Assembly: GCA_951406725.2 (NCBI GenBank)
Contig: OX597822.1
Span: 58,342,001-58,406,000 of the forward strand
From: Octopus vulgaris
Taxonomy: Eukaryota
Reading direction: 5' to 3'
DNA length: 64,000 nucleotides
The position numbers were made by a program, and so were the translations under genes. The notes beneath the pieces are model-generated. The model did not search any database and was not told the origin of the DNA. It saw only the letters and a program-made list of their open reading frames with translations. Of the stretch, positions 51,069 through 63,780 are shown piece after piece; position 1 is the first letter of the stretch, and every line of letters begins with the position of its first letter.

Positions 51069-52359
51069 CAAGGTGGGGCAGAAAGGACAATGGCTATTAC
51101 TCAGCCCCAAGGGGTGAGATATATGTCTGACAGGTATCAATCAGTCTGTGGGGTCTTAGCATTTTTTTTTCCTTTTCAGGTGAAGTCATGGTGCTGTAGA
51201 TGATAGAGTATCATGCTTGCCTACAACAGTTACGTGAAGTATAATGAGTCTGGCACAGCAGTTCAGCATGAGTTTTGGTGCCACTTCAACATTCACCAAA
51301 ATCAGGCTGTTCCCACCCATAACACAATCTTACATTGGGTGAATGCACTTCATGCACGAGGTACACTAATGAATAGAAGACTGGTGGGGGTGCCACAAAT
51401 GGTACAAACCCCAGAAAATGTTGAACGCATCAGACAAGCTTTGATATGGAATCTGAATCACTATGCTCAGAGGTATTCCACTGAACTTGGCATCAGTAAT
51501 TGAACGATAAGGTATATTTTGCATGAAAACCTGCATTTCTACCCATAAAAATTAGTCATTGGGCAACAGTTGAAACCAATGGGACTATGTACAGCAGCTT
51601 AACTTTGCATGTCAGATGGAAGCAATTTCTGAGGCAAATGACAACATTCTGTTAATGAGTGATGAAGCTCATTTTCACCTCAATGGCATGGTGAATCAAC
51701 AGAACATTGTTGGGCTCTTGAAAATCCAAGAGAACTGCACAGCCCAAAAGTGACAGTCTGGTGTGCTGTTGGAAAAGGTGCCATCATTGATCCTTACTTT
51801 TTTGAAGATAATAATGAAAATGCTGTTACTGTGAACTCCGAGCGTTACATCGAGGTGATAACCAACTTCTTTGTACCTGAATTATAACAAAAACATATGC
51901 CTATTTGATGCATGTAGTTTCAGTAGGATGGGGCGATGGTCCGCACAGCCAGAGCATCAATGGATGTTCTTCACCCTCTCTTTGGTGACTGCCTCATTTC
52001 TTGGTGTGCTGACATTCCTCAGCCCCTTTGGTCCCTGATTTGTCCATGTGTGATTATTTCTTGTGGGGAAACGACAAGGCACATGTGTGTGTGCAGAAGC
52101 CCCATACATTGGACGATTTGAAGGAAACTATTTACATGGAAGTCACCCAAATCAACAGAGCAATTCTGGAGAGAGTGGAGGCCAATTTCCAAGAACACCT
52201 TCAGAAATGCATCAATGAAAACAGATACCACATGATGGACGTTGTTTTCCACGCTTAATTCTGACAAATGCTAATTCAATATGAACACATTAATGTCAAA
52301 ATTTGTTTGCAGCTCAAATTAATGATTTTGTGAATGTCTGTCCTCTCTGTCCCACCCTA
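51069..52359 (+). mobile_element. Full-length DD41D-type (rosa/Visitor-like) Tc1/mariner element, inactivated
   Basis: TA-flanked TIRs 'caaggtggggcagaaaggaca' / 'tgtcctctctgtcccacccta'; ~1.29 kb. Confidence 0.85.
51188..52258 (+). pseudogene. DD41D transposase pseudogene
   Basis: N-terminal HTH (AVQHEF..HF...P..NTI..WV, TPENVERIR), MSDEAHFHLNG.VN.QN, VTVWCAV, PYFFE, VTVNSERY, Q*DGA, PDLSMCDYFLWG; many stops and frameshifts. Confidence 0.85.
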
Positions 52360-52374
52360 TATATACACACACAC

Positions 52375-52834
52375 ATCAAAATTAAAATTGCCGACATAAC
52401 CGATGACAGTACTGCCTGATTGGCACTCGTGCCAGTGGAACATTAAAAGCACATCCGAGTGCGATTGGTGCCAGGGCCACAGATTGGCTCCTGTGCTGGT
52501 GACACATGAAAAGCACCATTCAAGCGTGATCGTTGCCAGCGTCGCCTTACGTGTAAAACAACATTTAAGCATGGTTGTTGCCAGTGCCGCCGGACTGGCT
52601 CCCGTGCAAGTAGCACATAAAAACACCTTTTCAGCATGACTGGCCCTCATGCAGGTGGCACATAAAAGCACCCACTACACTCTTAGAGTGGTTGGCGTTA
52701 GGAAAGGCATCCAGCTGTAGAAACTTTGCTAGATCAGATTGAGCCTGGTGCAGCCACTGGCTCACCAGTCCTCAGTCAAACCATCCAACCCATGCCAGCA
52801 TGGAAAGCGAACATTAAACGATGATGATGATGAT
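52375..52834 (+). mobile_element. Short RTE-3'-end element with partly deleted array
   Basis: Units at 52420, 52484, a truncated one at ~52548, 52595, 52640; shared tail and (GAT)n. Confidence 0.8.
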
Positions 52835-52890
52835 AGAGAGAGATAAACTACATTTTTAAATATATTAAATAACGGCCTTCCTGATGATCA

Positions 52891-52939
<49 letters not shown>

Positions 52940-53327
52940 ATCATCAGGAAGGCCGTTATTTAATATATTTAAAAATGTAGTTTATCTCTCTCATCATCAT
53001 CATCATCGTTTAATGTTCGCTTTCCATGCTGGCATGGGTTGGATGGTTTGACTGAGGACTGGTGAGCCAGTGGCTGCACCAGGCTCAATCTGATCTAGCA
53101 AAGTTTCTACTGCTGGATGCCTTTCCTAACGCCAACCACTCTAAGAGTGTAGTGGGTGCTTTTATGTGCCACCCACATGAGGGCCAGTCATGCTGAAAAG
53201 GTGTTTTTATGTGCTACTTGCACGGGAGCCAGTCCGGCGGCACTGGCAACAACCAGGCTTAAATGTTGTTTTTCACGTAAGGCGACGCTGGCAACGATCA
53301 CGCTTGAATGGTGCTTTTCATGTGTCA
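52500..53327. repeat. Long inverted repeat: ~390 bp arms around (TA)n
   Basis: 52500-52890 is the reverse complement of 52938-53327 with about five substitutions and one 2-nt indel. Confidence 0.95.
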
Positions 53328-53377
53328 TGCTTTTCTGTAATTTCCGCTCAGAGCCTCGGTCATGCTGATGCACTGCC

Positions 53378-53416
<39 letters not shown>

Positions 53417-53428
53417 AAAACAACATGA

Positions 53429-53634
53429 TTAGCGTTTTTGATACCAATTTACATGAGACTGCCCCTGGGTCAATGACATACGCTAAAACCTCCATCAAAA
53501 CTTTGTGTTAGTTTATTTTCTAAACACCACCTTAATAATGACAAAGATATTTTACTAAATTCTTCACTATTTTCAAAATTTATTGAAACAAAAGCAATAT
53601 ATTTCAATAGAAATATGGTAACAAAAGGGGTAAA
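53429..53634 (-). mobile_element. piggyBac-type MITE related to family 1, degenerate
   Basis: 'ttttactaaattcttc', end 'ggtaacaaaaggggtaa'. Confidence 0.55.
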
Positions 53635-54401
53635 TTTGGGATATGCTTGTCTTTGCAGTTAAATCTACATTAAAGCAATGTGAGAAAACAAAAATTAACA
53701 AAATGACAAGATGTCAACAAAAAAATATCAGGGTAGTTATAAGATACAATATGAGTTTTGTTGCTGGCTAGATTTATCTTTCTATCTCTCCATCTATTTG
53801 ACTAAATGTCTACCTATCTTTGCCTACCCATCTGTCAAGACAGTTAAACTTAAGCTAGCAACAGAGACATATTGTCTGTCATGCTATTCTGTTATGTTTT
53901 TGATATCCTATCATGTAGCTAATATTGGTTCTCACCACATTTAACTGTAAGGATATATCCACAGTATACACACAATAAACTCAAGCATCACTTAATGTTT
54001 TTATTTCACACATCGGTATGTGTATTTGAGCATAAGAAAGGCTTCGCAACAGAGAAACAGACATACACAGGTATATTACACACATGTAAACATTATGTAC
54101 AAACACATTTAATCATACACACACAACAGAACACATATTCACAAAGAGCACTAGCTGAAACTAGAAAAAAAAAAATGAATGTGTGTGTGTGTGTGTATAC
54201 ATACACATACATTCATGTACATTTATAAGAATGGTGGTGATAGTGTCTTTGAACTTTTGGCCTGCTAGCCATCTTTGGATACTTCAAAGTCACTATCACA
54301 ACTAATCTTGTAAATGTATAAATATGCACTCCCAAAATAGTATTGAGTAGTCAGTCCTTCAGTTTAATGTTAGTATTTATCATAACTCAGTATATATATG
54401 G

Positions 54402-54442
<41 letters not shown>

Positions 54443-54959
54443 TATGAATATCACACCTACCTCTTTTTTAATTAGAAACTTCCAGAGAAGAGATTCAATA
54501 TAGTAATTTGTTCCACCAACGATTACTGGAAGCTTTTGATTGGATAACAAATTTTCAATCTGAAAGCTCAGTCAAGGAACATACACATCATCATTTTCAT
54601 CAGTATTCCCATCATCATAAAAATAAGATTCTGTTGATATTAGAGAGACATGAAATTTAATAAATGGACATGGGCGCACCATGATAATTATTATTAGTAG
54701 TATTAGTATCATTATTAGTAATAGTATTGGTATTACTAGTAGTATTAGTAGTAGTAATAGGAAATTGAAACCATGGATTATCTGAATCAGATGAGCATTG
54801 AAAATTTGCTTTTAACTACATCTCTTTTATGTCCTGATTTGGAATCCCAAATTGGCTTTTCATTCTTGCAAGGGTTGAAACAGGATAGGATAAGACATGA
54901 AACTTCATAGGATGGGCAGTGGTTCCTCATAGAAATTACTATTATTATCAAGAAAGTTG

Positions 54960-55412
54960 TTGAGCTCGCAGAATCAACATGCTGAACAAAATGCTTAGGG
55001 GTATTTTGCCTGTCACTACATATTGAGCTCAAAATCTGCCAAGGTCGACTTTGCCGTTCATCCTTTTGTGAGGGATGAGGTGGGGGTGGATAACGAAAAA
55101 GTATCAGTTGAACACTGGGGTCAATATAATCAAGTGTCACCATCCCGTAAAATTTCAGGCCTTGTGTCTATAACCGAAAGGAGAAGGCAAGCTGGCAGAA
55201 TCATTAGTACACCGGGCAAAATGCTTAGTGGCATTTTGTCCAACTTTACATTCTGAGTTCAAAATCCACTGAGGTCGATTTTTGCCTTTCATCCTTTCAG
55301 GGTCAATAAAATAAGTACCAGCTGGACACTGGGAGTCAATGTAATCGACTATCATCCCTCCCACAAAATTTCAGGCTTTGTGCCTATAGTGGAAAGGATT
55401 ATTATTATTATT
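54960..55412 (+). mobile_element. Two head-to-tail Meta/MESC-like SINEs
   Basis: Twice 'aaaatgcttag...gagYtcaaaatc...gccKttcatccttt...cactgggRgtcaa...aaaatttcaggcYttgtg'; second ends (ATT)n. Confidence 0.75.
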
Positions 55413-55489
55413 AAAATGAGATCAGTGAACTAGTAGACTATATGAAGGAAAAGTAAGAAAAACTTCTACATAGACATCAGTTCAGTTTT

Positions 55490-56185
55490 CATTGGTCTTA
55501 TAGCTGAATCGCTACAAGAACTAGAAGAAATTTCAGGTATGGAAGCAAGGTCTGGAATCAAAAATCCTGTAAGTAAATTTAGTTGCAACCAAAGTCCTAG
55601 TCAGTAGGAAAACAAGACAAATTACTAATCTCTTCAGGCAGATGGCCCTGCTTGATAGGTAGAAATTCCATACAATGTACCCAGTGCAAGCTATGAACAT
55701 ATAAGAAAGAGGTGCAGCAGTATCACAGGAAGATTAACAGAAAGTAACTTTGGCATGTGGCAGATGTGCAGATACAATAAACACTAAGAATGCAGAGAAA
55801 AAAAGACTTCCTCAAATATTCTGAGGTGGGGGAGGGCACTTAGAAATAGCAGATAGCTTCTGTTACCTCGATGATCAAGATAGCAGAGGAGGAGGAAGTT
55901 CTGAAAACTTAGTTGTTAGAATGAGCTGGGCAAAGTTCAGAGAGCTACTACCTTTGTTGGGCACAAAGAGCCTCTCCCTCAGAGTGAAAGGCAGATTGTA
56001 TGATGCCTGTGTATGAAATACGGGCTGACTACAGGGGACATGCAAAGGCTTAAAAGAAATGCTAGCTGGGTTACATCAGTGTGCATGTACAAAAGAGAGT
56101 AAATGATTTAAGAGGAAAATTAAGCATAAGAGGCATCAGATATAGTGAGCAAGAGAGAAGACTACGCTGGTATGGTCATATGATG
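55490..56185 (+). mobile_element. Old RTE-clade LINE RT/C-terminal fragment
   Basis: Broken frames: IAESLQELE, WKQGLES, TKVLVS, LEIADSFCYL, WAKFRELLPLL, LSLRVKGRLYDACV, LRWYGHM. Confidence 0.8.
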
Positions 56186-58069
56186 TATATAAATATGTAT
56201 AACATACCAATACAGTAAAAAATATTAAAACCAAAACAAAACACCATATCACAGTTAGATTTCAATAATGCAGTGGAAGCACACAATAAAAATGACTTCT
56301 GAGTAATAATTGATTCTAAAATTTGATTTATGGCTTAGTGAGAGGAGGAAGGGCAGTACCAGAAACTTATAGAGGTATTCTATGAGTAACGAAGATAAAG
56401 TAGCAAGAATCACAAGTTTTGGTTCGTGGCAGGATGAAACAGATCTCTGAATGATTACAAAACATAAGCTGCTAAAAACAACTAAAGGTTAAGTGGTGGT
56501 ATTAAAGAAGCTGACAGGCTTCTTCAATTTTCTCCCTATGCAAATCCATTCAGAAATTTTGGATTGAATTGAAATTCAATTTGTCTAAAACTTTGCAATA
56601 CTGTCAAACTGTTAACCACATGTTTGTCAAATAAACTTCTTAACCACACAGAACCATACCACAAGACCACAAATTTTAAGGATATAGTCACTGAAACTGC
56701 CCTCAATATCTAAATACTTCAAAGTATTTCATCTCATGTGTCAGCCTGTCTGATGCTCACCTCCCAGTAAAATAGCAATTTCTAACACAGGCATAAGGTC
56801 ACAGAAAGTGTTTAATTGATTAAATCGACCCCCCCACTTCCCCATACATGACTGGTACAAATCTGAAAACTCTGGAAAGATGAAAAGTGAAGTCCATTGA
56901 TCTCAGCAGGATTTGAACTTAGAATGTGAAGGGATGCAATTAAATACTACAAGACATTTAATCCACTACCAATCCTGTTCATAACCGACCCCACATGGAA
57001 AATTAAAAACTAATCACACAGAATATTTGCAGAACTATACAACCCATGTTGACTTGTGAAAAAAACAAAAAACAACTGATACTGAACATCATCATCACCA
57101 TTACCATCACTATAATATCCACTTTGTAGATTAGTAGAGGCACCACCCATTTTTATCATATGTACTGGCATGGAAAAGTGATTACATGAGCCTGCAACAA
57201 GAATGACAACAACAGTAATAACGATGTGGATGATGACAACACCACTATGTTCAAATCTCTTCAACCTTATCAATATTACCAAATGCACTAACTAGTGTGA
57301 CTGACAAGAATGAACTTCCCACAGAGAAAGAATTACATAGACTACTGTTGCTTGTCTACCGGAAGTAAATAGATAAGGTGACCTCATTAGTATAGAGGGT
57401 AAGAGATCAGTAGAGCATGGTGCCTAGAGTTCAAAATAGTTGGTTGATGTTTTAGGAAGCAATTACCTTTGATGATGAGGAAAGATTTTCTTTCTCTTAG
57501 AACTGCCCCCACCTTGCCTTTTCTCTTTTGAAATTATTCCTTAGTCTAATAATAAGAAAACAACGGTCCATAGTCTTACTAAGATTTGAGTGGATGCTAA
57601 GAATAACAACAAGAAACTTGTATGACTAATGTTCAGTTCAAATTGTGTATTTGTGATGATAGGGAAAATGTCATGTAAATAATTTCTAGTGGGAAGAAGG
57701 AACTGTTAAAGTCTGATGCTTAGCTTTAGTATTATAATGGAGGTTAACAGACAAGAAAGAGAATAAATTATAGACAGTTCGGGAACTTACAGACAGTGCT
57801 GGGTACAAGTTCAACAGAGCATGATAGTCAAAATACTTTACAGAACTATTTTTTTAAATAACAGAAGAGTATGTGAGAAAGACAACTCCAACTCCACTGA
57901 ACTAGGCATGTTACATAAATGGATAAGCAGCTCAAAGTCAATAAATGCTTTTTCTGATGCCAGTCGTTGTTCTTTAGCCACACAAACACACACACCCTGG
58001 CAACCTAAATTGTGTAGATCTATGGTCAAAGACCTTCCAACTATGAGACTAATTCATGATTTTCGTTCT

Positions 58070-58296
58070 TTAACCATTTAGCTTTCAGATTTCTTTGTCA
58101 AATGTATTGCTTATTTATTCACATTGTTTTGAATTAATCACGCATGATCTTGTAGCTTGGAGATTTCAATGGTGTGTCTGTATATTTTTAAAATGACATT
58201 GTCAGTAGGTGTGAGAGGTTGGATCTGGTCAGTTTTAACAGAAAACAAGTAAAATATTTGGGCTAGATACAGACAGTTTAAATGCTAAAGGGTTAG
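58070..58296 (+). mobile_element. piggyBac-type MITE family 2
   Basis: 'ttaaccatttagc' ... 'gctaaagggttag'; interior matches 63144-63373. Confidence 0.75.
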
Positions 58297-60423
58297 AACC
58301 TTGCTCTACATTATCCAATATGTTCTTTTCAAAATTCTAGGTTTTAGTTTTAAGACAGTTTGGCTCTTATTTCAAGCAGTTCCAGCAAGCACAGGGAGTC
58401 CTTTTTTGCTGATTCATATTTATCGACAGTAAAAAGGACTTCCATCATAGGAAGAAGTGGGAAAAAGTGCTAACATGAACTCACAGGAATCAAGGACCTT
58501 ACAGATGATATGACAAAGGAATAAGAGTAACAATGTGTTGTAATGCAGACCTGTGGAACTCTTTCACAGTATTAAACATTAGATGATAAAATAAACTGAT
58601 GGATGATGAGGATGACAGCATAGGTAGAATAGTTTAAGCAAATTTGAATATCTGTATACAAGTTGTCATTTAGTGTTTTTATTGGCTGTCACTCAAAAGT
58701 TTCTCTATAGACATACAGTTGTGGTGGTGGTGGTGGTGGTAGTGGAAGACAACAACGGTAACAAGAATAACTCTATTTTCAACCAGACTAATTAATACAC
58801 TAAGAGCAACATACTGAAATAAAGATATGGATCTATGATCTGAAAATCAATAAATATTCCACTATATTAAGATAAACCACATCTACCATTCTATGTCTAC
58901 TTACTTTACTATGACTGGTGGAAGCTTTTCAAGGATTTACATTCCTGAATTAATTGCATTATAGAGAATTCCAACTAAGGACATAAAAGACAAACCTACA
59001 CATGGAAAAACATAAAAATCAGTATCTGTAGTATACAAGAACAAGTTATTGTGGTTTAGCCTAGGGTTAGAAATGGCCAAACAAACTTATTGGTCAAAGG
59101 CATTTAAACTAGGATCATTGCATCATTTCTTTACTTTTCCCAGGCAGATTGTATCAAGGACCACATTATCCAATGTGTCCTTCATTCTTGTAGAGCGTGA
59201 TCTGATATTTGACTGTTATTTCTAATAATAGGTTCAGTGGCATTGTGTTCTTAAAGTGTACAAGCTATTATTTAAATTAATAGGTCATGATTTGAGGGAG
59301 ATTCAGCTGCTGTTTCTAGCTGGCCAAGAAACCATCTAGAGATTTTCTGTTCATTAAGTTCTGTTGATATGTTCAAATTTAGTCCCAGAAAAAAGAATGA
59401 GGTGCCATTTCAGTGAATCCCCACATGACTATCTGGAGCTTCAATTGTGCCCTTATTACAATAATAAAGGGACAAACAACAATCACAACTACTAATCATA
59501 TCAATTCCAGTGATTTCCAGTACTAATTCAAACAATCCACTATTATTTATTCATTTACTTTTGGGTGCCATCTTGAAACTAGAGTGGTGTTCCTACACGA
59601 GAAAATTTCTTTGTTGAGCTTAGTATTCAGTATTTTTAGTCAACCACATGGTTTGGGGTTCAGTCGCAAGCCCCAGCTTGGTTAATAACTTGTCAGTGAA
59701 TTTGGTTGATGGACAGTGCACAAAGCTCACCATGTGTATGTGGTGGGTTGCTGACACATGTGCATGTATTTGTGTGTGCATCTGTGTGCATGATGACAAC
59801 CTGCACATGCCACATGAAAAAGCATAAGCTACAAGTAATGAAATTTAGTCATTTACCTCCCAACAAATCCTCTTGCACTTTCAAAAATGAGGAATAAGAA
59901 ATCCCTTAATTAAAAAAAAAGGTAAAAGGTTAGTGACAGGAAAGGCATCTAGCTGTAGAACAATGCCTCAATCATATCTATGCATCTAACCCATGCTAAC
60001 ATGGGAAAACACATGCAAAATGCACATTCTTTAGAATAGCCTGAATTTACAACATTGTTTTTTAACTAAAGACTACCAATGTTCTTAAGCATTGGCCCAA
60101 AAGCCAAAACTCCAATGAAAAATACCCCTAAAATTCTAACCTTAGTCACTTGGAAAAATAAGATCTAAATCTAATGATGATGATGGTAGTAATTATAGTG
60201 GTAATGATGACTATTTTGATGTCTACATTGATGATGTTGGAAGTAATTGTGTGTGTCTGTAATGTAGCAATTTAGCAGATTTGGGACATCTGATAGAGCT
60301 TGACTTTGTTTTTCATCATTTTGGCATCAATAAAATAAGTCCAGTTGAGCACTGGGGTCAATATAATTGACTAACTTCTTCCTCCACAATTCCAGGCCTT
60401 GTACTATAGTAGAAATTATATAT

Positions 60424-60895
60424 ACAAAGGGGTGCTGAAAAGTTCCTGGCTTTGGGTAAAAGAAAATACAGGAGGAGGATCAGTTAATTATAATTTTATC
60501 CTGAGAAGAAGATTCATCAAGCCAAGCAAAATCACAGTTGTGGCAAATACTGGCATCACACATATTGGCACGTAAACACACCCCAGTGTCACACAAATGG
60601 CACCCATGCCGGTGGCACATAAAAGCACCCATTACACTTTCAGAGTGGTTGGTGTTAGGAAGGGCATCCAGGTGCAGAAAACCATGCCAAATCAGACTGG
60701 AGCCTGGCACAGCCTTCCAGCATGCCAGCCCAGTCAAACTGTCTGACCCATGCCAGCATGGACAACAGACGTAAAATGATGATGATGATATTCCCCTCTC
60801 AGATTCACACTTATTGCAGCAGTCCTTCAGTTTTTCTGTAAAAGAACTTGGAAGGTTGGGCCTCCAACCAGGCCTTCCATGATACCCTTAAAACC
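60424..60895 (-). mobile_element. mariner-derived MITE (same family as 28492-28708) interrupted by an RTE-tail element
   Basis: TIR 'ggggtgctgaaaagttcctggcttt'; resumes at ~60790 'attcccctctcagattcacacttattgcag'; other TIR truncated. Confidence 0.7.
60501..60789 (+). mobile_element. RTE-3'-end element
   Basis: 'atgccggtggcacataaaagcaccc', 'ggaagggcatccagg', (GAT)n tail. Confidence 0.8.
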
Positions 60896-61683
60896 ATATA
60901 TATATATATGGTTCAAAATCGTACAAAAACCAAGAGAGAGACAGGTAAAGGAACAACAAACAAGGAGTATTAGTTTGAGTCTTTGACATTTTGAGTCTAT
61001 GCTATTCTGCAGAATGAAATGAGGACAGAAAATAGACAGAGAGAGAAAAAAATATGTCTGGATTTATAGTTGCACATATATATGTGTCAAAGGGCGTTAT
61101 TGAAGAAAAGCTTGTTGCATCAGAAATTTTATTAAGTTTGGATGTTATAACAACAGAAAATTGTCCGAAAGTCTGTAGGGAATGTTCCTGTGAAACAAGT
61201 TGCTGTATACAATTTCTCTAAGTTGTCACACATTTCTAAATAGATCAAGTTATTTTTCAGCCATACTATTTATATTTCCTACCACCTTGTTCAATTTCAT
61301 TTTGCGACACAATAGTGTGTTACAGACCTCAAATCCCAATAGAATTAAATAAGTGGTGTCATAAAGACTGTACATCAAAATAATAATAATAATAATGTTT
61401 TCACATGTAAACAAACTATCATGAAATCAGCACTTTGCACTAAAGTAGTACTAACACCACTACAACCACTACTACTACTACTACTTGTGACAACCTGAAA
61501 CTTTCTCTTGAAAGAATCCAACCCTATTCTGTTCATAGGTTAGCAGTTACCTAATGCTAATAGCTAAATAAATTATGGCATAGAATTAAAGTGCTAAGCC
61601 CAGAGACAGTAGTAAGGTATTTGGGTAGATTGGAACTCCTGGCTCACAAACTAGTTGTCCAATATCTTCTCCATTTGTGTTTT

Positions 61684-61694
<11 letters not shown>

Positions 61695-61765
<71 letters not shown>
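61695..61765. repeat. (GA)n microsatellite
   Basis: Direct reading. Confidence 0.95.
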
Positions 61766-61766
<1 letters not shown>

Positions 61767-62711
61767 GTGAGTGAGACAGAAAGATAAAGACGGGAAGGGG
61801 GTATCTTCAGATAAGAATTTTGCCAAAGTGTGCTAAGAATTACAAAAATCTTGAGACTTTCTCCTAGAAGTTGAAGAAACAGCTTCCAACTAACCAAGCA
61901 AACATCATTAAAAGCTGTCAGGCATTTCAAGTGGCTACAGCTTGTGTGAAGGACAGCTAAGTGAAAACCTTCACCAAATATGAAAAAGAGGAAAGCAAGT
62001 GAAATCTCTTGGAAAAAAAATATCTCTGATAGAACAGGATTGTCTGAGGACAAATGTTTTCCCTCAATTGTAAGCAGGAGTTTCAGATCTATATAGATCT
62101 GACCTCACTTTCTCACACCCTCTCTCTATCTCTCCCAAGATTAAGTAGAAATTAAATATTGATATGATTAATACAGAAGTGGTTGGATAAGAGGCAGGGA
62201 AAGGTTCAAGGAGGTGGAGATAAAAGATATATAAAACAAATTTAAATAGTTGGATGCCCCACCCCTTCAAATGTCAAAAGGGGAGACAGTAGCACCCAGA
62301 CACAGTGTGATGTATCAGCTGAAATAGGAGTGGCACCTGAGCATGGCACATCAATAAATGACTGAGAATAATTCAGATAACTACATACAGTGTGCTGAGA
62401 GAGAGAGAGAGAAAGGGAACAAAGTACAGAGAAGGAATGGGTGAGTGCAGTGATGAGAGATATAGATATTTCTATAGGAATCTTTTAAAGTTAATGAAAG
62501 TGTCCCAGAGAAATTGAAACTGAAGAATATCTGAATGAAAGAAGATCAAACAATAAAGATGATAAGACAAAATAAGTAAAAAATTTTCTGCATATTGATT
62601 GTAAAATTTTCATTTGTAATAAATGTCCTTAATGTTTGAGATTCTGTTGCCGTGTCTAGTGAATAGTGAAGAGGCATGATAACTGCAGGGTATGATGTCA
62701 GACTACTGATA

Positions 62712-62941
62712 TTAACCCTTTTGTTACCACATATATTTTGAGATGTTCTGTGTTTCTTTCAATCAATTTTAGATATAATAAAGAATTTAGTAAAATAACT
62801 TAGTTATCATTTAGCTGGTGTTGAGAACATAAACTGTGACTAAGGTTTGGTGGGAGATTTTAATTCAAAACTTATGAAAAGAAGACATTTGTACTACAGA
62901 GCAAGAGCCGGTTTCAGCCGAGTTGGTATTGAAAGGGTTAA
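62712..62941 (+). mobile_element. piggyBac-type MITE family 1
   Basis: TTAA + 'cccttttgttacc' ... 'ggtattgaaaggg' + TTAA; close match to 33651-33878. Confidence 0.85.
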
Positions 62942-63143
62942 GGGCAAGGGTAAAAATATTGGTAGATCCACTGTACTGTTCCTCTAGTTAAATACAGTCA
63001 CTAACCCTCTAAATAAGAGCAACAGTTGAAACCTTGATAGTCTACTGCACTTCTAAATAAGGGCAAGATTGCAAACTGGTACTATTTCCAGGTAAGGGCA
63101 GCAGTTGAAATCTGGGTATAACAGCAGTGATACACATCCTTCA

Positions 63144-63373
63144 TTAACCCTTTAGCATTCAACTTATTCTTTCAAATGTAATGCTTATTGACTCACATTG
63201 TTTTGCATTAATCATGCATCATCTCGTAGCTTTGAGATTTTGATGAGGCAACAGTTAACTCTTTAGAATGACAATGTAGGGTAAGTGTGAGAGACCAGAT
63301 CTGACCAGTTTGAACATAAAATGGATAGAATATTTTGGCCAGATATTTGCTGGTTTAAATGCTTAAGAGTTAA
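63144..63373 (+). mobile_element. piggyBac-type MITE family 2
   Basis: TTAA + 'ccctttagcatt' ... 'aatgcttaagag' + TTAA. Confidence 0.8.
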
Positions 63374-63624
63374 AACAATGGTTGGCGAAAAATAACAAGC
63401 CTAAATACATTTTCAACTGATGAGTGGATGTGAGACAACTGACAAATCAATTTGTGAATATGCTAACTGCTGCATTTGTAATTTCATCGTCATTAACATA
63501 TTACTACAGTGTTAACTTAGTAAGTAGGAGCAGTAATAGTAAAGAAGGACTACTACCAGCACAACTACAAATTTAATCATTATGAACTTGATCAAGAGTG
63601 ATGGAACACTTAGAAAGCATTGGT

Positions 63625-63780
63625 TTGAAATTTTGGCACAAGGCCGGCAGTTTTGGGGGAGGGAATTTGTTGATTACATTGATCCCAGTGTTCAACTGGT
63701 ACTTGTATATCAATCCCGAAAGGATGAACGGCAAAGGTGACCTCTGCAAAATTTGAACTCAGAACGTAAAGATGGACAAC
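63625..63780 (-). mobile_element. Meta/MESC-like SINE, 5' part decayed
   Basis: 'gatcccagtgttcaactggtactt...cccgaaaggatgaacggcaaagg...atttgaactcagaacgtaaag'. Confidence 0.7.

Noticed and set aside
61586-62053. 155-aa minus-strand ORF, and similar ORFs at 7190-7618, 9494-9826, 44766-45281
   Set aside because: Length comes from microsatellite or purine/pyrimidine-skewed tracts; no domain similarity recognised
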